Part shown: positions 20,387 to 30,867 of the stretch, one piece after another
How the letters are laid out: each line of letters opens with the position of its first letter
How positions within the stretch are numbered: the first letter of the stretch is position 1
NCBI RefSeq assembly: GCF_000025125.1
Contig: NC_013771.1
Coordinates: 780,001-812,000, forward strand
Origin: Candidatus Atelocyanobacterium thalassa isolate ALOHA
GTDB taxonomy: Bacteria; Cyanobacteriota; Cyanobacteriia; Cyanobacteriales; Microcystaceae
Length of the DNA: 32,000 bases
Direction: 5' to 3'
The notes under the pieces: generated by a model
The model's database searches: none
What the model saw: only the letters and a program-made list of their open reading frames with translations
What the model was told of the DNA's origin: nothing
Position numbers and translations under genes: made by a program

Positions 20387-21760
20387 ATGATTAGATCAGG
20401 AAGAACAATTGCAGCGATTGCAACAGCAGTAGTTCCAGAAGAAGGAAGTGTTGGCATAGTACGTCTATCAGGAGACAAAGCTTATGCTATTGCAAAAAAA
20501 ATATTTATAGCTCCTGGAAAGCAACAATGGGAATCTCATAAAGTTCTTTATGGTTACATTCATTCATCAAAAGATTCGCGAATTATTGACGAAGCTTTAC
20601 TTATATTGATGTTAGCTCCTCGTTCTTATACTCGCGAAGACATTGTAGAATTTCATTGTCATGGAGGAATAATAGTAGTTCAGCAAGTTTTACAGTTATG
20701 TATAAAAGAAGGAGCTATCCTGGCAGAACATGGTGAATTTACATTAAGAGCTTTTCTTAACGGCAGAATAGATTTAACTCAAGCTGAAAGTATTTCGGAA
20801 ATAGTAGGAGCAAAATCACCGTTAGCTTCTCAAATAGCAATGGCAGGAATACAAGGAAAATTATCTAACCCTATTAAAAATTTGCGCCTTGACTGTTTGG
20901 AATTACTTTCTGAAATTGAATCAAGGATAGACTTTGAAGAAGATTTACCACCACTAAGTCAAGTCGTGATTTTGCAAAAAATCCAAGACTTCTTACATAG
21001 AGTCAAAAAACTATTATCTACTTCTAAAACTGGAGAGCTTTTGCGGAGTGGGCTAAAAATTGCTATCTTAGGCCGTCCTAACGTAGGTAAATCTAGTCTT
21101 TTAAATTCTTGGAGTCGAAGTAATAAAGCCATTGTAACTGACCTGCCAGGTACAACTAGAGACATTGTAGAATCAAATCTAATAATTAAAAATATACCTA
21201 TAAAAGTATTAGATACAGCTGGAATTAGACATACAGATAACCAGATAGAAAAAATTGGTGTTCAGCGTACACATCTTGCTGCGAATCAAGCTGATTTAAT
21301 ATTATTAACGATTGATGCTCAAATAGGTTGGACTGAAGAAGAAACAGAAATTTATAAAAAAATCAAGCATCTTCCAATAATATTAATAGTTAATAAGATT
21401 GATCTTAACGTTCCTGATTTATCTATAATTCCATCTGAAATTCAAGAAGTTATTAAAATTTCCGCTATACAAAATTTAGGAATTGACTCGATTGAAGAAG
21501 CCATTTTAAACTTTATCTATAAAAAAAACCTAATAGCAAAAAATGTTGATTTTACTATTAACCAAAGACAATTAGAGATATTAATACGTGTTAAAATAGC
21601 TTTTGAGGACATTATAAAGACAATCAACAATGAACTTCCGCTAGATTTTATAACAATTGATTTACGATCTGCTATTAAAATATTAGGAGAAATTACAGGA
21701 GACGAGGTAACAGAATCTTTGCTAAGTAAGATTTTTAGTACATTCTGTATTGGTAAATAA
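20387..21760 (+). CDS. mnmE: tRNA modification GTPase MnmE (TrmE)
   Basis: The N-terminus TIAAIATA...[10 protein letters not shown], the G domain ([17 protein letters not shown]) and the conserved C-terminal FCIGK are present. Confidence 0.93.
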   Translation: MIRSGRTIAAIATAVVPEEGSVGIVRLSGDKAYAIAKKIFIAPGKQQWESHKVLYGYIHSSKDSRIIDEALLILMLAPRSYTREDIVEFHCHGGIIVVQQVLQLCIKEGAILAEHGEFTLRAFLNGRIDLTQAESISEIVGAKSPLASQIAMAGIQGKLSNPIKNLRLDCLELLSEIESRIDFEEDLPPLSQVVILQKIQDFLHRVKKLLSTSKTGELLRSGLKIAILGRPNVGKSSLLNSWSRSNKAIVTDLPGTTRDIVESNLIIKNIPIKVLDTAGIRHTDNQIEKIGVQRTHLAANQADLILLTIDAQIGWTEEETEIYKKIKHLPIILIVNKIDLNVPDLSIIPSEIQEVIKISAIQNLGIDSIEEAILNFIYKKNLIAKNVDFTINQRQLEILIRVKIAFEDIIKTINNELPLDFITIDLRSAIKILGEITGDEVTESLLSKIFSTFCIGK

Positions 21761-21779
21761 TATAAATTTCAAAAACTTT

Positions 21780-21817
21780 AAAATATCCTATATTGTTAAT
21801 ATATAGGATATTTTTTT
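21780..21817. terminator. hairpin terminator between convergent mnmE and the COG0523 gene
   Basis: Positions 21780-21793 (aaaatatcctatat) are the exact reverse complement of 21801-21814, with a 7-nt loop. The stem runs into a T7 tract on the plus strand. Confidence 0.65.
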
Positions 21818-21858
21818 CAAGAGCTATCTTTTTTAAACCTTCAAGCCTATATTTTTTA

Positions 21859-22899
21859 TTACAAATAGTTTATGCTTTGTAGTTCTTGATTTATTTTTTC
21901 TTTTTCTAACTCATATCCAATCAATACCAACTTAGTTTCTTTTAGTTCATCAGAATTCCAAAAGCGGTCGTAGAAAGTATTAAAACGATTACCTACTCCT
22001 TGTAAAACTAAACGCATAGGCTTATCAACAACATGAACAAATCCTTTAATACGGTAAATTTCATAGTTTTCAACTAATTTAGATAATATTTTGATTAATG
22101 CTTTTGGTTCACATTCTCCAGGAAGAGTAATTGTAATTGCATTGATATTGTCATCATGATGATGGTGTTCATCATCATGATGAGATCGACTATCTAGATG
22201 TTCTTCTACAGAAGCATTAAACCCCAATAAAACATCTATATTGATTTGACCTTCATAACATGAAACTACTTTCACACCATTTCTTAGTTTATTTGATAGC
22301 CAATTTTTTATATCCGACAATTCTTTTTGGCCTACTAAATCACACTTAGTTAGTAAAACCAGATCTGCACAAGCTAATTGATCTTGAAATAATTCTTCAA
22401 TAGGGGTTTCATGCTCTATGCTGTAATTTTGTTCCTTCTGGGCGATTAAATAATCTAAATTATTTGTAAATTTACCAGAAATTAATGCTTCACAATCTAC
22501 TACAGTTACTACACCATCAACTGTGGCACTGCTGCGAATTTCCGGCCAATTAAAAGCTTGAATCAAAGGCGTGGGTAAAGCTAAACCAGAAGTCTCTATA
22601 AAAATACAATCCAATGATTCTCGACGTTCTAAAAGTTTTTCAATACTAGGATAAAACTCTTCTTGGACTGTACAACATAAACATCCATTTCTAAGCTCTA
22701 TGATATTGTCTTCAGGATTTTCATTATCTTCACAAATCTGGCAATTTTTTAGTATTTCTCCATCAACTCCTATTTCTCCAAACTCATTTACTAAAACAGC
22801 AATACGATAATTTATATTGTTCTGCAATAAATGTCGAATTATAGTGGTTTTTCCAGAGCCAAGAAATCCCGTTATTATTGTGACTGGTATTTTATGCAT
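21859..22899 (-). CDS. COG0523-family (CobW/YjiA/ZigA-like) metallochaperone GTPase with a His-rich insert
   Basis: The P-loop GFLGSGKTT, the family-defining CxCC motif (GCLCCT) and a His/Asp-rich linker (HLDSRSHHDDEHHHHDD) precede the CobW_C domain. Confidence 0.85.
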   Translation of the reverse strand: MHKIPVTIITGFLGSGKTTIIRHLLQNNINYRIAVLVNEFGEIGVDGEILKNCQICEDNENPEDNIIELRNGCLCCTVQEEFYPSIEKLLERRESLDCIFIETSGLALPTPLIQAFNWPEIRSSATVDGVVTVVDCEALISGKFTNNLDYLIAQKEQNYSIEHETPIEELFQDQLACADLVLLTKCDLVGQKELSDIKNWLSNKLRNGVKVVSCYEGQINIDVLLGFNASVEEHLDSRSHHDDEHHHHDDNINAITITLPGECEPKALIKILSKLVENYEIYRIKGFVHVVDKPMRLVLQGVGNRFNTFYDRFWNSDELKETKLVLIGYELEKEKINQELQSINYL

Positions 22900-23041
22900 T
22901 AATTAATATCAATAATTTTCTTATGAATTTTATTTTAACTAAAGATATAATAAATAGTTTTGTTACTTAACATATCGAATAAATGGTAATTAAAAAAGTC
23001 TTTTCTAAGTTACGAGTTAGTTATTTGATATATTGAGATTT

Positions 23042-23818
23042 TTAATTAAAATTATCTTTAAGTTCTCTAATCTTTTGAAATACTTTTACAGGATCATTTA
23101 TTCCCATTATTTCTTGTAGAGATTGAGAATCACACCTTAAAAAAGGATTTGTTTCTTTTTCTTCTTTTAAAAAAGATGGAATAGTTGCTTTATTATTCTT
23201 ACGAGTACTGATTGCTTTATTATATCGAAGAAGTAAATTATGATTATTTTTCTCAATAGTTAAAGCAAATTTAAGATTATTCAAAGTGTATTCATGAGAA
23301 CACCAAACACGAGTTGTATCTGGTAAGTTCCTTAACTTCATTAAAGATTTATACATTTGGCTAGCAGTTCCTTCAAACAGTCGCCCACATCCTGATGCAA
23401 ACAAGGTATCGCCACAAAATAATTCTCCTATTTTTTGATTAGAACTTGGAGGAAAATAATACGCGATATGACCATTGGTATGACCAGGAATAAAAAATAT
23501 TTCAGCATTTTTACCAGCAAAATTAAATTGATCGCCTTCTTTCAAATAATGATTTTGTCCTGGAATTCTTCCTTTATCCTGTTCGCTTCCATAAACAGAT
23601 ATATGAGGAAAATGTTCTATTAATTTCTTATTTGCTCCTATATGATCTTGATGATGATGCGTATTTAAAATTGCTGTTAATCTTATTCCTAATTTGTTTA
23701 AACAATTAATGATCACATCATATTCAGCCGGATCTACAACAACAGCAGTTTTGTTTTTAAAGTTATGTAGTAAAAAAATATAATTATCTGATAAAGCTGG
23801 CAAAAACCTAACATACAT
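23042..23818 (-). CDS. gloB: hydroxyacylglutathione hydrolase (glyoxalase II)
   Basis: The metallo-beta-lactamase motif THHHQDHIG is present, and MYVRFLPALSDNYIFLLH matches the usual GloB N-terminus. I therefore start at the ATG at 23818 rather than the track's 23896. Confidence 0.9.
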   Translation of the reverse strand: MYVRFLPALSDNYIFLLHNFKNKTAVVVDPAEYDVIINCLNKLGIRLTAILNTHHHQDHIGANKKLIEHFPHISVYGSEQDKGRIPGQNHYLKEGDQFNFAGKNAEIFFIPGHTNGHIAYYFPPSSNQKIGELFCGDTLFASGCGRLFEGTASQMYKSLMKLRNLPDTTRVWCSHEYTLNNLKFALTIEKNNHNLLLRYNKAISTRKNNKATIPSFLKEEKETNPFLRCDSQSLQEIMGINDPVKVFQKIRELKDNFN

Positions 23819-24052
23819 AATGATATTTATTCCTAAAGTCTCACAAAAAAAATTATTGATTAAAGTAAAAATAATGCACAAAACAAAAACATTCAATATA
23901 GATTTAGAAAATTTAAGTAATATTTTTGCCTAATGACTTAATAATAATTGATACTTAAATTTTTTAGCAATCAAACTTCTATTATTTCTATACTAAAAGT
24001 ATCATAAGATAATATTTAACTTGTATTAAGTAATTTAGCTTTTTTGTTATAA

Positions 24053-27000
24053 ATGAAAGTCCCTGAATTTACTCAAAAACTTCGTCAGCTTACAATCATT
24101 AATATTCAAAGCAATTGGTTTACCACTTCAAAAAAAGTAACAACCGATATAATTGAATCGACTGACTTAAGCTTAATGAAGACTAATGAAAAAGAATATT
24201 TAATTTGGAATGCAGGTAGCAAAACAACATGGCTAATCCAGGAAATTACCGTCCAAAAATTTTTGAACGGATATTCTTTACAAGGATTTTCTCTAAGACT
24301 ATCGTTAACTTGGTGGGCAGAGAAAGCTCAAATATTTATTAACAAGCAATTAGTACAAGTCGGTGATTTGTTTGACTCCTCAGCAAGAATTTTATTAACA
24401 CCTTCGGTTGAAAAAGAACAAAAAATAATTATTTCTTTATGCTTAACTAGTCCAAGTCATGATGTTGGGGCATTAATGAAATCAAAACTTATTTATGAAA
24501 ATAATGATCATTTAGGTGACCCAGGATTTTTTGCTGACGAGATAGATATACTTTATAAATATTTATGTGCATTCAAACCTAGTGAAATAGAATTTTTAGA
24601 GAAGAAGATTAATAAATTCGATTGGAATAATATTAGTAGCCCTAAGTGTTTTAGTAATCAAATACATAAAATACGTCAAGAGCTAATGTTGTTTAGTGAT
24701 GATATTAAAAAACGTAACTTTAATATTCTCGGACATGCACACTTAGATATTGCTTGGTTATGGACAATTAATGAAACTTGGGAAATAGGCAAACGAACTT
24801 TTCAATCAGTCATTAATTTACAAAAAGACTTTAAAAATTTAACGTTTTGTCATACTTCTCCTGCTCTTTATGAATGGATTGAAAAAAAACAACCTGATCT
24901 TTTTCAAGAAATTGTAGCGCAATCCAAGAAAGGTAAATGGGAAGTACTAGGAGGGATGTGGATCGAACCAGAAGTTAATTTAATATCTGGAGAGTCTCTC
25001 GTAAGACAAATTTTATATGGGCAAAACTATATCAAAGAAAAATTTGGGGAAATTACTAAAATTGCTTGGTTACCAGATAGTTTTGGATTCTGTTTGCAAT
25101 TACCACAAATCTTCAAACTAGGTGGAATAGACTATTTCGTTACTGGAAAGCTACATTGGGGACGTACCGTAAAATTTCCTCATAGTATCTTTTGGTGGAA
25201 ATCTCTCGATGGTACAAAAATATTAACACTAATGTCTCCGCCAAACACAGAAGGTGTTATGAATACTAATCCTATAGTTATGACAGACTATAGTATTAAA
25301 TGGGAAAAAGAAACTCAGCTAAAAGAAATCTTTTGGGTTCCAGGCATAGGAGATCATGGTGGTGGACCAACACGTGATATGTTGAAGGTCGCTAATCGTT
25401 GGGACAAATCTCCCTTCTTCCCTAAGGTTGATTTTATTACTGCTAAGCAGTATTTAGATAAAATCTTTAGTGTCATAAAGGACAAACTAAATATACCGAT
25501 TTGGGATGATGAATTGTATTTAGATTTGCATCGTGGTTGTTACACAACTCATGCGGATCAAAAATATCTTAACCGTCGTACCGAAGAATTATTGTATAAA
25601 GCAGAACTTTGGACATCTATTAGTTCTATTATTAATAATAAATTTGTAAATAATAATATTAGAAATAGTATAAAGTCTGTATGGAAACAAGTTTTACTAA
25701 ACCAGTTCCATGATATATTGCCAGGAACTTCTACAACAGACGTATTTATAGAAGCTAATAAAGGATGGAAAAAAACAAAGTTAATTGCAGATAAAATTTT
25801 AAATAATGCCCTCAGAAACATCATATCTCATATAAAATATCCACGAGCTCCATATCTTCATGCTAAACCAATTGTTATTTTTAATCATTTAAGTTGGGAA
25901 AGATCTGAGGTCGTTGAAATTAATTCACAAGATAATAAGTATGAAGTTTTCAACCTCGATAATATTCAGTTATCAAGCCAATTATCACATGATAATAAGT
26001 TATTGTTTTATGCTGATAGTATTCCATCTCTCGGATACCGAGTCTTTTGGATAGTTCCTTCTAATAATTTAAAGTACACTAACAAAAAAGTAATAAATAA
26101 AACTAATTCTGACTTTATTTTAGAAAATAGCTTTTTAATAGTAAAGATTAGCGAAAAAACCGGAAATATTATGATGATTTATGACAAAGTAAACCATCGT
26201 AATATTTTGAAAGCAGAAAGCAATAAACTGGAAAGCTTTCAAGACAGAGGACAGTACTGGGATGCTTGGAATATTGATCCAGAATATAAGAATTATCTCT
26301 TACCTGATGCGATATTAAAGTCTATTGAAGTTTTAGAAGAAGGTCCTATTCAATGGAAAATCAGAGTTGTTAAAGAGATCGGGAAATCTAAGTTTGTTCA
26401 AGATTACATATTACAAGTTAATTCTTCTATTGTAAAAATTAAAACTACTGTTGATTGGAAAGAAACATATGTTTTGGTCAAAGCTTCTTTCTATTTAAAT
26501 ATTACAAGTGATTGCACTAGTTATGAAATTCCTTTTGGTTCTATCAAGAGAACAAACTTACATACAACAGCTTATGAAAAGGCAAAATGGGAAGTCCCAA
26601 GTTTGAGATGGGCTGATATTACTGACAATAATGATAACTATGGAGTTAGTTTATTGAACGATTGTAAATATGGTTATGATAGCGAACACGACTTGCTTAG
26701 ATTAACTTTGTTGAAAAGTCCTCAATGGCCTGATCCTAATTGTGACAAAGGAATTCATCAATTCAGTTATGCTATTTACCCTCACAAAGGAACTACAAAA
26801 GAAGCCAAAACTGTTCATAAAGCATATGAACTTAATATACCATTACAAGTAATTAAGGTTAGTAATGAATGTATAGGTGAAACTAAGTTACCTCCTGTTT
26901 TTTCAGGAATAAGTACTAATGATAATTTAATCGTATCTGCATTTAAGCCTTCAGAAGATAAAAAATATACCTACATACTAAGATTCTATGAGTCTGAAGG

Positions 27001-27145
27001 AGAAAAAACCAATATAGACTTTAAGAGTGATCTAGGTTTTGTTTTAGACAAAAAAGTTAACTTATTAGAACAAGAAATTCAGCAAGATCAGGATTATATT
27101 AAGCCTTGGGAAATTGCAAGTTTCATGCTTGTAGATAAAATTTAA
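24053..27145 (+). CDS. glycoside hydrolase family 38 alpha-mannosidase
   Basis: The GH38 N-terminal metal-binding motif GHAHLDIAWLW, the WLPDSFGF region with the nucleophile Asp, GGMWIEPE, and a long C-terminal beta-rich domain are present. Length is 1030 aa. Confidence 0.85.
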   Translation: MKVPEFTQKLRQLTIINIQSNWFTTSKKVTTDIIESTDLSLMKTNEKEYLIWNAGSKTTWLIQEITVQKFLNGYSLQGFSLRLSLTWWAEKAQIFINKQLVQVGDLFDSSARILLTPSVEKEQKIIISLCLTSPSHDVGALMKSKLIYENNDHLGDPGFFADEIDILYKYLCAFKPSEIEFLEKKINKFDWNNISSPKCFSNQIHKIRQELMLFSDDIKKRNFNILGHAHLDIAWLWTINETWEIGKRTFQSVINLQKDFKNLTFCHTSPALYEWIEKKQPDLFQEIVAQSKKGKWEVLGGMWIEPEVNLISGESLVRQILYGQNYIKEKFGEITKIAWLPDSFGFCLQLPQIFKLGGIDYFVTGKLHWGRTVKFPHSIFWWKSLDGTKILTLMSPPNTEGVMNTNPIVMTDYSIKWEKETQLKEIFWVPGIGDHGGGPTRDMLKVANRWDKSPFFPKVDFITAKQYLDKIFSVIKDKLNIPIWDDELYLDLHRGCYTTHADQKYLNRRTEELLYKAELWTSISSIINNKFVNNNIRNSIKSVWKQVLLNQFHDILPGTSTTDVFIEANKGWKKTKLIADKILNNALRNIISHIKYPRAPYLHAKPIVIFNHLSWERSEVVEINSQDNKYEVFNLDNIQLSSQLSHDNKLLFYADSIPSLGYRVFWIVPSNNLKYTNKKVINKTNSDFILENSFLIVKISEKTGNIMMIYDKVNHRNILKAESNKLESFQDRGQYWDAWNIDPEYKNYLLPDAILKSIEVLEEGPIQWKIRVVKEIGKSKFVQDYILQVNSSIVKIKTTVDWKETYVLVKASFYLNITSDCTSYEIPFGSIKRTNLHTTAYEKAKWEVPSLRWADITDNNDNYGVSLLNDCKYGYDSEHDLLRLTLLKSPQWPDPNCDKGIHQFSYAIYPHKGTTKEAKTVHKAYELNIPLQVIKVSNECIGETKLPPVFSGISTNDNLIVSAFKPSEDKKYTYILRFYESEGEKTNIDFKSDLGFVLDKKVNLLEQEIQQDQDYIKPWEIASFMLVDKI

Positions 27146-27191
27146 TACACCTAAGGATATAGTACTTATTTTCATCAGTTAATATAAAATA

Positions 27192-27833
27192 TTAATGACT
27201 ATTGTCACTTAACCAAGTAATTGCTGTTCTTAATAATTCTTCTGTATTTATTTGCTTTGATAGAAACTGATTATTTTTTAAGTAAACAGTCACCCTGTCT
27301 ACTCCTTCTCGATCATAACCTAATAACAATAAGCTTGATGTAATATCTTCTAAAGTATTTTCAGATGAATTGCAAGAATGCAATTCTACTTTTATTTCAA
27401 ATGCCTCTATCAATTTTAATAATTTACTATTTAATTCTAAAATTATTCTTTCAGCCGTTTTTTTACCTACGCCAGGAGATTCAGATAACATTTTGACATT
27501 ACCCGAACACACTGCCTTTATTAATTTTTCTGAACCCAATGTGTTAAGTAAAGTAATTGATAGCTGCGCTCCAATACCATTAATATTTATGAGTTGTCGA
27601 AAAAGCTCTTGCTCTAATTTATTAATAAATCCATATAAAATCTGAGAATCTTCTCGTGTCTGTAAATGTATAAACACTTGAATATAATCTGATTTTTTAT
27701 TAGATAATTTTTCTTCTAACTTGGAAGTGATTTGTATTTCATATCCTATCTGATTAACCTCCATAATTAGAACTATTTTATTTTTGGTATCTTTTAGGAT
27801 TTCAACAAAACTTCCTTTAAAATAGTTAATCAC
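27192..27833 (-). CDS. ruvA: Holliday junction branch-migration complex subunit RuvA
   Basis: The N-terminus MINYFKG, two helix-hairpin-helix motifs (INGIGAQLSITLL, SPGVGKKTAERIILEL) and the C-terminal domain III are present. The start is GTG (plus-strand cac at 27831-27833). Confidence 0.88.
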   Translation of the reverse strand: MINYFKGSFVEILKDTKNKIVLIMEVNQIGYEIQITSKLEEKLSNKKSDYIQVFIHLQTREDSQILYGFINKLEQELFRQLININGIGAQLSITLLNTLGSEKLIKAVCSGNVKMLSESPGVGKKTAERIILELNSKLLKLIEAFEIKVELHSCNSSENTLEDITSSLLLLGYDREGVDRVTVYLKNNQFLSKQINTEELLRTAITWLSDNSH

Positions 27834-28424
27834 AAGCTTTTTATATATGTTTAGATTAACAATAAAATTGTTAAGACATTATCTATTATCAAATAATATC
27901 TTAGCAATAATCTTTTGTCCACAGCTCATTTCATACGTTAGATGATATTTTTTGCAAAGTGATATCAATTATAAAAACGTATTTTTTCTTAATCAAAATA
28001 GCTATTTTTTGAAGTGACTATTAAGTCTAATTTATACGTCATATATTGCAGAAAAGAATTATTAATATCTTTAGAGTAAGTACATTTAAATCTTAAATGC
28101 AAAGTTTTCGCTTTTTTATAAATTAATTAAAAAATTTTGTTTTCTAATTAAACTAGTTTTTATTAAAACTTTATCTAAAAAAGTTTGTTTACAATATCGA
28201 CTTAATCTTAATAATTGTTAAGCTTATTTTTCAGAGCACAGGTCTAACCTTTATTATTTATGATGGATGTAATACTTTTGAATGTTTTGCTTGAAATTAA
28301 TTAAAACGAGCATGTCAAATGTGACTATATAGATAAGACAATTCGTTTTATCCATACAGCACCACATTCTCTAGAAAAAATCTGAAAGTTTATAAATGTT
28401 TATTGTCGAGAGAGAAGAACCCTC

Positions 28425-30665
28425 ATGGCAAAAGGTACTGAGGCGAGAGCTAAGGTTATAGTAGATACCGATCCAGTGCCCACCTCTTTTGAAAAGTGGG
28501 GTGAGCCAGGACATTTTGATCGCACTTTAGTTCGAGGTCCCAAAACTACTACTTGGATTTGGAACCTTCATGCTAATGCACACGATTTTGATAGCCAAAC
28601 TGATGATTTAGAAGATGTTTCGCGCAAAATTTTTAGCGCACACTTTGGTCATCTATCTGTTATTTTTGTTTGGTTGAGCGGCATGTTTTTTCATGGCGCA
28701 AAATTTTCTAATTACGAAGCGTGGTTAACTAACCCAACACTTATCAAACCTAGCGCTCAAGTTGTTTGGCCAGTCGTAGGTCAAGGAATTTTAAATGGAG
28801 ACATGGGCGGTGGTTTTCATGGTATCCAGATCACCTCTGGTCTGTTTTATCTATGGAGATCTTCAGGTTATACAAATAGTTATCAACTTTATGCTACTGC
28901 TATTGGCGCTCTAGTCATGGCTGCTTTAATGTTGTTTGCTGGATGGTTCCATTACCATAAAAAAGCTCCTAAGCTTGAGTGGTTTCAAAACGTAGAATCC
29001 ATGCTCAATCATCATGTAGCGGGAATATTAGGATTAGGATGCCTTTCTTGGGCAGGTCATCTAATTCATGTTTCTTTACCAGTTAATAAGTTATTAGATG
29101 CTGGAGTAGCTATTAAAGATATTCCCCTTCCTCATGAATTTTTCGATGCTAGCAAAATGGCGGAATTATATCCAAGTTTTGCTAAAGGAATAATTCCTTT
29201 CTTTACTTTGGACTGGGGCGCTTATTCAGATTTCTTAACTTTCAATGGTGGACTAAATCCACAAACAGGAAGTTTATGGCTTACTGATATAGCTCATCAT
29301 CATTTGGCAGTTGCTGTTCTTTTCATAATTGGTGGTCATGTTTACAGAACTAACTGGAATATTGGTCATGGAATGAAAGAGCTTCTTGATGCTCATCAAG
29401 GTCCTCTTACAGGAGAAGGACATAAAGGATTATACGAGATCTTAACGACTTCATGGCATGCTCAATTAGCAATTAATTTAGCACTACTAGGATCATTGAG
29501 TATCGTAATAGCTCAGCATATGTATGCTATGCCTCCTTATCCTTATCTAGCAATTGACTATGCAACTCAACTATCTTTATTCACTCACCATATGTGGATT
29601 GGTGGATTTTTAATAGTTGGTGCTGGTGCGCATGGTGCAATCTTTATGATACGAGATTACAATCCTGCCCAAAATGTTGATAATCTTTTGGATCGAATGA
29701 TTCGTCATCGTGATGCAATAATTTCTCATCTTAACTGGGTTTGTATGTTTCTTGGTTTTCATAGTTTTGGACTTTATGTTCATAACGATACTATGAGAGC
29801 ATTAGGACGTCCACAAGATATGTTTTCAGATTCAGCTATTCAATTACAACCAATTTTCGCTCAATGGTTGCAAAATATTCATTCAATAGCACCTACTGGA
29901 ACAGCGCCTCATGCGTTGGCAACTGCTAGCTATGCTTTTGGAGGCGATACCATTGCAGTTGCTAATAAGGTTGCTATGATGCCTATCACTTTAGGAACAG
30001 CTGATTTCATGATTCACCATGTTCATGCTTTCACTATTCATGTAACTGTTCTTATCCTGTTAAAGGGAGTACTTTATGCTCGTAGTTCTCGTCTTATTCC
30101 AGATAAGAATGAACTAGGATTCCGATTCTCTTGTGACGGACCTGGAAGGGGTGGTACTTGCCAAGTTTCTGGTTGGGATCATGTTTTCCTTGGATTATTT
30201 TGGATGTACAACTCTCTCTCTGTAGTAATTTTCCACTTCTCTTGGAAAATGCAGTCAGACGTTTGGGGAACAGTATCTTCTAGTGGAGATGTTACACACA
30301 CTACTCTAGGTAACTTTGCACAAAGTGCTATTACCATAAATGGTTGGTTAAGAGATTTTCTTTGGGCACAGTCAGTTAATGTAATTAACTCTTACGGCTC
30401 TGAGTTATCAGCATATGGAATTATGTTCTTAGCTGGTCACTTTGTCTTTGCCTTTAGTTTAATGTTTCTATTTAGTGGACGTGGTTATTGGCAAGAGCTT
30501 ATTGAGTCTATCGTTTGGGCTCATAATAAGTTAAATGTTGCGCCTTCTATTCAACCTCGTGCTTTGAGTATTATTCAAGGACGAGCTGTTGGAGTAACCC
30601 ACTTTTTGTTGGGAGGAATTGTAACTACTTGGGCATTCTTCTTAGCAAGAAGTTTATCACTTTAA
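28425..30665 (+). CDS. psaA: photosystem I P700 chlorophyll a apoprotein A1
   Basis: The sequence is unmistakably PsaA throughout ([35 protein letters not shown], and the FX loop [27 protein letters not shown]). Length is 746 aa. Confidence 0.98.
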   Translation: MAKGTEARAKVIVDTDPVPTSFEKWGEPGHFDRTLVRGPKTTTWIWNLHANAHDFDSQTDDLEDVSRKIFSAHFGHLSVIFVWLSGMFFHGAKFSNYEAWLTNPTLIKPSAQVVWPVVGQGILNGDMGGGFHGIQITSGLFYLWRSSGYTNSYQLYATAIGALVMAALMLFAGWFHYHKKAPKLEWFQNVESMLNHHVAGILGLGCLSWAGHLIHVSLPVNKLLDAGVAIKDIPLPHEFFDASKMAELYPSFAKGIIPFFTLDWGAYSDFLTFNGGLNPQTGSLWLTDIAHHHLAVAVLFIIGGHVYRTNWNIGHGMKELLDAHQGPLTGEGHKGLYEILTTSWHAQLAINLALLGSLSIVIAQHMYAMPPYPYLAIDYATQLSLFTHHMWIGGFLIVGAGAHGAIFMIRDYNPAQNVDNLLDRMIRHRDAIISHLNWVCMFLGFHSFGLYVHNDTMRALGRPQDMFSDSAIQLQPIFAQWLQNIHSIAPTGTAPHALATASYAFGGDTIAVANKVAMMPITLGTADFMIHHVHAFTIHVTVLILLKGVLYARSSRLIPDKNELGFRFSCDGPGRGGTCQVSGWDHVFLGLFWMYNSLSVVIFHFSWKMQSDVWGTVSSSGDVTHTTLGNFAQSAITINGWLRDFLWAQSVNVINSYGSELSAYGIMFLAGHFVFAFSLMFLFSGRGYWQELIESIVWAHNKLNVAPSIQPRALSIIQGRAVGVTHFLLGGIVTTWAFFLARSLSL

Positions 30666-30741
30666 TTTGTGGTGGAAGGATTTAGAGAATTAACTGATAG
30701 TTCTTTTCTTATTTGTCCTTTACCCCAATTTTGAACAATTT

Positions 30742-30766
30742 AAACGATCAATTTATATCGTTTTTT
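30742..30766 (+). other. weak terminator-like hairpin in the psaA-psaB spacer
   Basis: The stem aaacgat (30742-30748) pairs with atcgttt (30757-30763) around an 8-nt loop and runs into a T6 tract. Only 2 of the 7 base pairs are G:C. Confidence 0.35.
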
Positions 30767-30867
30767 CCTAATAATTCATTAGTTACAAAAACTAGTGATG
30801 TTTGGAAAATAAATAGCACTTTTGCAACAGCCTCATTGTTTTAGAGAGGAGAATTTCCTAAAAAGCT

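Noticed and set aside
20959-21165. 68-aa minus-strand ORF from the track.
   Set aside because: It is antisense inside the mnmE G domain. It is a shadow ORF.
22900-22925. Fur/Zur-box-like AT-rich hexamers (aaaattattgatattaat) just upstream of the COG0523 gene.
   Set aside because: The resemblance rests on A/T content alone and there is no 7-1-7 palindrome. This needs a proper weight-matrix scan against background.
23435-23623. 62-aa plus-strand ORF from the track.
   Set aside because: It is antisense inside gloB. It is a shadow ORF.
25558-25824. 88-aa minus-strand ORF from the track.
   Set aside because: It is antisense inside the GH38 mannosidase gene. It is a shadow ORF.
27370-27645. 91-aa plus-strand ORF from the track.
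   Set aside because: It is antisense inside ruvA. It is a shadow ORF.
28188-28195. TTTACAAT upstream of psaA, resembling one half of an HLR1 (RpaB) direct-repeat site.
   Set aside because: The second half-site at the required 10-nt phase (cgacttaa) does not match, and a lone 8-mer in AT-rich DNA is uninformative. I also could not place a convincing -35/-10 pair in the 591-bp psaA upstream region.
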